Shown here one piece after another: positions 15,296-20,000 of a stretch of DNA of 20,000 bases. The translations under genes were made by a program, and so were the position numbers. Position 1 is the stretch's first letter; the number at the start of each line of letters is the position of its first letter. The stretch is from an uncultured virus (IMG/VR IMGVR_UViG_2806310790_000002) (Duplodnaviria > Heunggongvirae > Uroviricota > Caudoviricetes): IMG/VR virus record IMGVR_UViG_2806310790_000002. One strand, written 5' to 3'. A model generated the notes under the pieces. It saw only the letters and a list, made by a program, of their open reading frames with translations, was not told the origin of the DNA and ran no database searches.

Positions 15296-16062
15296 TATAA
15301 TAATGTTTTTTGAGCCGGTTTGTCATTCGTGTTATTTTGAGGCTGATTTACTGGTTGCTCCGTTTTTGGTTGTTCTTCTACTCCTGCATTCTTAAGAGCA
15401 ATTTCCGCAAGTTTGTTGGCTTTAGATTCTTTGTCTGTGACATCTTCATATTCAGCAAACTTAACTTCTTGTTCTTCTTGCGTGTACATTGCACCAAGTT
15501 GGGCTGGAAAAGCTTCACGTAATGCTTGGACTTTAGCAATCTTGGAAATCATGGTGGATTTTTTTTCATTCCATATAGATTGCTTTTTGTCGTATTCGGC
15601 AAGATTGACTTTCGCTATAATCGGAAATCTGCGGTCAGACCGGTAAACTTCGCACCACCCACCTACAAGTATATCAGTCTTTTCATTATAAAAACAGCCT
15701 TCCACCTCTACAATTTTGTTGTCTCTAATAATAATGATACCCGCCTTGAAACCTTCATATTTTTCACTAGCGTCAGCACGTTTAAAAAATGCTTCCTTGC
15801 TAACAATCATCTGTGCCGGCTGTTGTCCGAATTTAACAAGAAATGCTTCGTTCAGGAATGGATTAAGCTGGTTAAATTTACAAATACTAATAAACTGAAC
15901 AATATCTTGATCGGATACCTGTCCGTTACCTTTAGTTAGATAGTTACGTACAATATCAAAAGATAATGCCACGTCGTTACCTGCAACTTGATAAATAGTT
16001 TTGCCTTTACCAAATATTGCCAATGCATCATTTTCCTGTTTTGTTAATTTGTTTTCCTCCAT
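15295..16062 (-). CDS. bet: Phage single-strand annealing recombinase (Bet/RecT family)
   Basis: F...CK...LNPF..EA.LVKF, GGWCEVYR.DR, W......MI.K.A.VQALREAFP; coupled to the exonuclease gene. Confidence 0.92.
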   Translation of the reverse strand: MEENKLTKQENDALAIFGKGKTIYQVAGNDVALSFDIVRNYLTKGNGQVSDQDIVQFISICKFNQLNPFLNEAFLVKFGQQPAQMIVSKEAFFKRADASEKYEGFKAGIIIIRDNKIVEVEGCFYNEKTDILVGGWCEVYRSDRRFPIIAKVNLAEYDKKQSIWNEKKSTMISKIAKVQALREAFPAQLGAMYTQEEQEVKFAEYEDVTDKESKANKLAEIALKNAGVEEQPKTEQPVNQPQNNTNDKPAQKTLL

Positions 16063-16081
16063 TGCTCAAATATTTTAAAGT

Positions 16082-16342
16082 TTAACAATATCTCGCCAAC
16101 CCTTGCATTATGCAAAGGTCAGTTCTCTCTTCTTCTAAGCTTTTTTCTGTATATCCTGATGAAATGCCTGAAGCATGCAATTTTAACCTATTGTTGATTT
16201 CTTTTTTGACATCGGATATATCTTCCTTTATAAGCTGGATTATTTCTTCTTTCGGTGAATATCCATATTCAGGAAGATATTCAAGGTTACTATATTCCAC
16301 CTTTTTTAACTCAGATTCTAATTGCTGTAATTCATCATTCAT
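16082..16342 (-). CDS. Hypothetical phage protein
   Basis: Probable start MNDELQ at 16342; LC..QGL.RY C-terminus. Confidence 0.7.
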   Translation of the reverse strand: MNDELQQLESELKKVEYSNLEYLPEYGYSPKEEIIQLIKEDISDVKKEINNRLKLHASGISSGYTEKSLEEERTDLCIMQGLARYC

Positions 16343-16529
16343 GGAATTCTGATTTGAAAGTTTCATACGTGATACCGATAGCATCAAGTATTTCTCTTAA
16401 TCTTCTGTTTTCTTTTTCCTTATTTTCAAGAAGACATTGTTCATACATAATTTTATATGTAAGTGAAGCTAAGTCTTCATGACTCATTGATAGTAATTCT
16501 TCTTTTGTTTTCATTGCTCTTATGTACAC
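16335..16529 (-). CDS. Small coiled-coil hypothetical protein
   Basis: MKTKEELLSMSHEDLA...; operon packing. Confidence 0.7.
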   Translation of the reverse strand: MYIRAMKTKEELLSMSHEDLASLTYKIMYEQCLLENKEKENRRLREILDAIGITYETFKSEFHE

Positions 16530-16530
16530 T

Positions 16531-16728
16531 TTATATGTACTTTACTTTTAGTTTCACATCTATCGGTTTATCTTTCATAGAAGAGAAAGCATTGAGTATT
16601 TTGTCTTTCGTCAATCTGATCGGAATGTCTATAATCCTCTTATCTACAATTGTAAGAGGAAGTTTTCTTCCGCTATATGTTATCAGAATAATTTCTTGAA
16701 TTATATACGGAGATTTACTCGTCTTCAT
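16531..16728 (-). CDS. Small hypothetical protein (65 aa)
   Basis: Probable start MKTSKSP at 16728 within ORF 16531..16824. Confidence 0.6.
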   Translation of the reverse strand: MKTSKSPYIIQEIILITYSGRKLPLTIVDKRIIDIPIRLTKDKILNAFSSMKDKPIDVKLKVKYI

Positions 16729-16882
16729 GCTCGAATCTTTTATTGTGTTTTTCGATATACACCGAGAGATATCCGAAAATTCCCAATGAAATCCAAAAGG
16801 AAATATTATATGGATTTTCCGCAAGTACCACTATCGCTATAAATGACAGAACCCAAAGTGTTAAAACTGCATCTTTTTTCAT
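16715..16882 (-). CDS. Small two-TM membrane protein (55 aa, not in ORF track)
   Basis: Hand-translated MKKDAVLTLWVLSFIAIVVLAENPYNISFWISLGIFGYLSVYIEKHNKRFEHEDE*. Confidence 0.65.
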   Translation of the reverse strand: MKKDAVLTLWVLSFIAIVVLAENPYNISFWISLGIFGYLSVYIEKHNKRFEHEDE

Positions 16883-16997
16883 AACTAATTGATTATCTTT
16901 TAATTACTATGTAAAACTACTTTATTTTTTACTTTAAAACAAATAATTGACTTGTAAAATATTTGTCTTTAACTTGATATAACTTTTTGATTATCAG

Positions 16998-17204
16998 TTA
17001 TTTTAAAGTTGCATTTTTTATAACATCATAGGCATTGCAATACCATCTACCATTTTGTCGATTAGGAGGTATTTTTTCTGCACGAATATCACCAGACCCC
17101 ACTAATCTGAATAACCGACCTCTCCCCCCAACTATATCAGCCGCTTCTCGCTGTCCGAAGGTTTTGTCATTTAGTACAATTTTCAAAACGTCCTCATTAA
17201 TCAT
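16998..17204 (-). CDS. Excisionase-like winged-HTH DNA-binding protein
   Basis: TFGQREAADIVGGRGRL.RLV..G.IRAEK...GRW.C...DV pattern; third gene of the early operon. Confidence 0.7.
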   Translation of the reverse strand: MINEDVLKIVLNDKTFGQREAADIVGGRGRLFRLVGSGDIRAEKIPPNRQNGRWYCNAYDVIKNATLK

Positions 17205-17209
17205 ATTGT

Positions 17210-17764
17210 CTAATCTTTAAAAAGGTTGTTCTTGTGCGCGTATTGAATAAATTCTGATTTCTCATGAATACCAAGTTTGATATATACAGACTTGATATGA
17301 TTCTTTACAGTATGAGGAGAAAGGTAAAGTTTGTCTGCTATCTCTTCGTTATTAGCTCCTTGGTATACCATTTGCATCACTCTCATTTCTGCATCTGATA
17401 TACGGCTGTAAAATTGTGGACAGCATATAATACCTTCGTACTTACATTCTCCACGCATAGGACATTTTACGCGTTCGAAGTTGAATCCTCCCTTTTTATC
17501 AATATCACGACTTGTGTTATCCAATTCTCCAAAATTACATTTGCAAAAACGTCTAACTATAAGGTACTGGAAGTATGGAATGTTTTGAGAACTCTTTTTA
17601 TAACATTCCATCAATGAATTATAAGCATCCGAGTAACATTCACGTATACGATCTAATATACTTTTTATTAATCCTATATCTTTATCTGTTACAGGTTTAT
17701 TGCTTCCGTCAGGGAACAAACACCAAAGTTCATCTTCAAATATGTAGAACTCTAAATCTTTCAT
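17210..17764 (-). CDS. LuxR-type HTH regulator with Cys-rich linker
   Basis: ISDAEMRVM..VYQG..NEEIADKLYLSPHTVKNH...VY.KLG; CP.RGEC.YEG..CCP upstream. Confidence 0.88.
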   Translation of the reverse strand: MKDLEFYIFEDELWCLFPDGSNKPVTDKDIGLIKSILDRIRECYSDAYNSLMECYKKSSQNIPYFQYLIVRRFCKCNFGELDNTSRDIDKKGGFNFERVKCPMRGECKYEGIICCPQFYSRISDAEMRVMQMVYQGANNEEIADKLYLSPHTVKNHIKSVYIKLGIHEKSEFIQYAHKNNLFKD

Positions 17765-17767
17765 TGC

Positions 17768-18031
17768 TTAATCATTTTGTTTAGACCATAATTCTTCGGG
17801 AGGTATCCCTGTTATTTCGGAAAGTATTGAAACATGAGAGGGCTTATTAGGTTTCATACCATAAATAACCCAGTTTCTAACAGCAGTGAAAGATACTCCA
17901 GTCCGTTTCATTATCTCGTTGATAAATTCTGTTTTGGGATGAGTAGATTCCGGTAGATTTTGATAATAACCTTTTAAGGTCATTTTATGACCTTCATTAG
18001 GAAAAACTCTTGTTTTTAATTCATCTTTCAT
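17768..18031 (-). CDS. Cro-like HTH protein
   Basis: TGVSFTAVRNW..YG.KP...LSEITGIP.EELW; divergent from the repressor; alternative start at 17983. Confidence 0.85.
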   Translation of the reverse strand: MKDELKTRVFPNEGHKMTLKGYYQNLPESTHPKTEFINEIMKRTGVSFTAVRNWVIYGMKPNKPSHVSILSEITGIPPEELWSKQND

Positions 18032-18127
18032 TATCTTTGCAGTGTTATATAATTAATAGTAATGCAAATATATCCATTTTATGGATAAAAAGGATGTTTA
18101 TACGCTTAAATATCCTTAAAATGGATA
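18032..18127. promoter_or_regulatory. Lysis/lysogeny switch: face-to-face promoters and two operators
   Basis: Rightward TATCTTTG at 18032-18039; leftward TATATTTG at 18072-18065; operators TATCCATTTTATGGATA (18071-18087) and TATCCTTAAAATGGATA (18111-18127). Confidence 0.7.
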
Positions 18128-18141
18128 ATAATTTTATTCGT

Positions 18142-18678
18142 ATGGATAAAGAGCAAGAAAGCAGGCTGAAGCAGTTCAGGATTTACATGAATATGACGCA
18201 ACAGCAAATGGCTGATTTACTGAATGTTGGTCAGAATACTTATTCAAGAATAGAAAATGGTATCACAGCTTTCAAAGATGTATACAAGAAAATAATAGAG
18301 GATAAGTATCACTTGACAACAGGATGGCTATCTGGTGCCGATGTACCTATGTTAAAAAAATACGATGCTGTGGCCGGTATTATAGGGAAAAGTATTCCTG
18401 AAAGTAACAGAGACCAATTAAAAGAGCAGATATTGGAAGAACTTGTAACACAAAGGCTAGAGGGTAAAAATGAATCTATTTCTATGAGTCGAGAGGTGTT
18501 TGAGCAAATATCAAGATTGACAGAAACGGTGTTGTCTCAACAAAAAACAATTGAATCTATGCAAGAGCAAAATAGAAAATTTCTTGTCCAGCAGAGGGAG
18601 GATGTAAGATGTGCTCATGTAAGTGGGTCGGATATTTCAACAAACGACATAAAGAACCAAAATATAAATAAGGAATGA
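18142..18678 (+). CDS. CI-like XRE repressor lacking an S24 peptidase domain
   Basis: RLKQFR....MTQQQMADLLNVGQNTYSRIENG...WL.G..PM; C-terminal coiled coil (LTETVLSQQKTIE); start at 18142 or 18121. Confidence 0.88.
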   Translation: MDKEQESRLKQFRIYMNMTQQQMADLLNVGQNTYSRIENGITAFKDVYKKIIEDKYHLTTGWLSGADVPMLKKYDAVAGIIGKSIPESNRDQLKEQILEELVTQRLEGKNESISMSREVFEQISRLTETVLSQQKTIESMQEQNRKFLVQQREDVRCAHVSGSDISTNDIKNQNINKE

Positions 18679-18932
18679 AAATATCAGAAGAGGGGATAGC
18701 TATAAGTCAACGTTTCTTTAAAGCAATAGCAATATTAAAGGAGCAAAAAAAGATTAGAGGATTACAGACTTTCACAAGAAAGCACAATCTGAATCGTTGG
18801 AACGTAAACCAAGTTAAATTCTATCCAAATAGAAGCGTATTAAAACCCGAATGGATTGTTTACTTACACGAAGATTATAATATATCTGTTGAGTGGATCA
18901 TACTTGGAAAAGGTAATATGTTTGATGAGTAA
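18675..18932 (+). CDS. Small HTH-like protein coupled to the repressor
   Basis: ATGA overlap with the cI stop; YNISVEWIILGKG.M ending typical of XRE-like domains. Confidence 0.75.
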   Translation: MKISEEGIAISQRFFKAIAILKEQKKIRGLQTFTRKHNLNRWNVNQVKFYPNRSVLKPEWIVYLHEDYNISVEWIILGKGNMFDE

Positions 18933-19015
18933 ATGTTCAAAAACTTATCCTTAACATTAATTCATTTCAAGTTAACTATTTTATTATCAAACCGTTATTC
19001 TATATTTTGGAGAGA

Positions 19016-19060
19016 CATTCGTAACGCGTAGGTCGCCAGTTCAAGTCTGGCTAGCGGCTC
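19016..19060 (+). pseudogene. 3' half of tRNA-Thr(CGT), prophage att core
   Basis: Anticodon loop TTCGTAA (19018-19024), T-arm GCCAG-TTCAAGT-CTGGC and acceptor strand present; D-arm and 5' acceptor strand absent. Confidence 0.88.
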
Positions 19061-19068
19061 TTGATAAT

Positions 19069-19103
19069 AAAGCGTTAACTATCATCATAGTTAACGCTTT
19101 TTT
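19069..19103 (+). terminator. Intrinsic terminator of the original tRNA gene
   Basis: Perfect 14-bp stem AAAGCGTTAACTAT/ATAGTTAACGCTTT with a 4-nt loop and T6 run. Confidence 0.9.
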
Positions 19104-19124
19104 CATAATATTGAACTGCATCTG

Positions 19125-20000
19125 ATGAAACGAAATCAAAACAGGAAATTATTCAAAAAGAAATCACGTTCTAATTATAAATTAGGATGTATTATCGCTA
19201 TTGTTATACTTATACCTGTTCTTTATGGTGTCTATTTGTATTGCCAACAGTTTAATACCCAAACGCAAAAAAGCAACGAACCACAAGTTAATACATCTTC
19301 TCAAATTCCTTCCGGCAGAAATTTGGAGATCCCTGTCTCATTAGCTCCCAAACAAGAGCAAATCATTCGACATACAGGATATACCGTTTCTTATAATAAA
19401 GATTTAAAACTTCCGAATTGGGTATCCTATGAACTTACCCGACAAGAAACCAAAGGAAAAGAAAAAAGAAGTAACCGTTTCATTGCCGATCCATTAGCAA
19501 TAGGGACTATTGCAACAAATGCGGATTATACACGTTCAGGATATGATAAAGGACACATGGCGCCGGCTGCAGATATGAAATGGAGTCCGAAAGCGATGAA
19601 AGAGTCGTTCTATTTTAGCAATATGTGCCCACAACATCCGCAATTAAATAGAAGAGGCTGGAAAAATCTGGAAGAAAAGATCCGGGACTGGGCTATTGCA
19701 GACAGCGCTGTCATCGTTATTTGCGGACCTATCATAGAAAGAGAATCGAAAACAATCGGAAAAAATAAAGTTGCAGTACCCCAACAGTTTTTCAAAGTAG
19801 TCCTCTCTCCCTTTGTCAAACCCATGCGAGCCATTGGTTTCTTATTCAATAATGAACAAGCAACAGATCCTCTTCACTCATATGTAGTTACCATAGACAG
19901 TATCGAACGACTTACACACATGGATTTCTTTGCAACTCTACCTGATGAAATTGAAAACAAAATAGAAGCCGAAGCCAATTATCACCAGTGGCCGAATTAA
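19125..20000 (+). CDS. DNA/RNA non-specific endonuclease (NucA/EndA His-Me finger), membrane-anchored; host gene
   Basis: YTVSYN...PNWVSYEL, GYDKGHMAPAAD, SNMCPQ.PQLNR..W..LE, VP..FFKV; N-terminal TM helix. Confidence 0.95.
   Translation: MKRNQNRKLFKKKSRSNYKLGCIIAIVILIPVLYGVYLYCQQFNTQTQKSNEPQVNTSSQIPSGRNLEIPVSLAPKQEQIIRHTGYTVSYNKDLKLPNWVSYELTRQETKGKEKRSNRFIADPLAIGTIATNADYTRSGYDKGHMAPAADMKWSPKAMKESFYFSNMCPQHPQLNRRGWKNLEEKIRDWAIADSAVIVICGPIIERESKTIGKNKVAVPQQFFKVVLSPFVKPMRAIGFLFNNEQATDPLHSYVVTIDSIERLTHMDFFATLPDEIENKIEAEANYHQWPN

Larger units (their letters stand above)
1..19060. mobile_element. Temperate prophage (Bacteroidales), early/immunity arm; continues left of the window
   Basis: cI/cro-like switch, Bet+YqaJ recombination pair, antirepressors, VRR-NUC, orphan MTase, many short co-oriented ORFs; ends at a tRNA 3' fragment followed by a terminator and a host-type gene. 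Confidence 0.93.

Noticed and set aside
19016..19060. Functional tRNA-Thr gene
   Set aside because: The 5' acceptor strand and D-arm are missing; this is the att remnant.
3096..19849. Numerous short antisense ORFs (e.g. 3096..3326, 5793..6035, 9230..9478, 10386..10688, 15526..15939, 19610..19849)
   Set aside because: They lie opposite well-supported genes, have no recognisable motifs, and show the composition expected of antisense shadows.
19125..20000. Endonuclease as prophage cargo or defence gene
   Set aside because: It lies beyond the att core and the tRNA terminator, so it is most simply a host chromosomal gene.

Overview
Positions 1 to about 19060 are the early/immunity arm and one end of a temperate prophage in a Bacteroidales host. 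The host assignment rests on TAnnTTTG promoter elements and the gene content. From right to left: a host DNA/RNA non-specific endonuclease, a terminator, and the 3' half of tRNA-Thr(CGT) marking the att site. Next come an XRE repressor without a peptidase domain and a divergent cro-like gene, then a long leftward early operon: LuxR-HTH, Xis-like, Bet/RecT plus YqaJ exonuclease, DUF1351, a 78-bp tandem-repeat HEAT/LRV protein, DUF4494, AntA/AntB antirepressor and VRR-NUC. A central accessory block (about 4350-8800) holds a Panacea-MazF-like toxin-antitoxin pair, a KilA-N gene with a highly structured RNA leader, and a second XRE switch with an exported protein. A nin-like cluster with an orphan DNA methyltransferase lies at the left. 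The best leads are (i) the repeat protein, whose only variation is non-synonymous and combinatorially shuffled at HEAT binding-surface positions, (ii) a C4/CI-like branched RNA in front of KilA-N, (iii) the PanA-MazF-like moron with a boxA-like site before its terminator, and (iv) the second operator-controlled switch. All family assignments come from reading motifs by eye; no database search was run.
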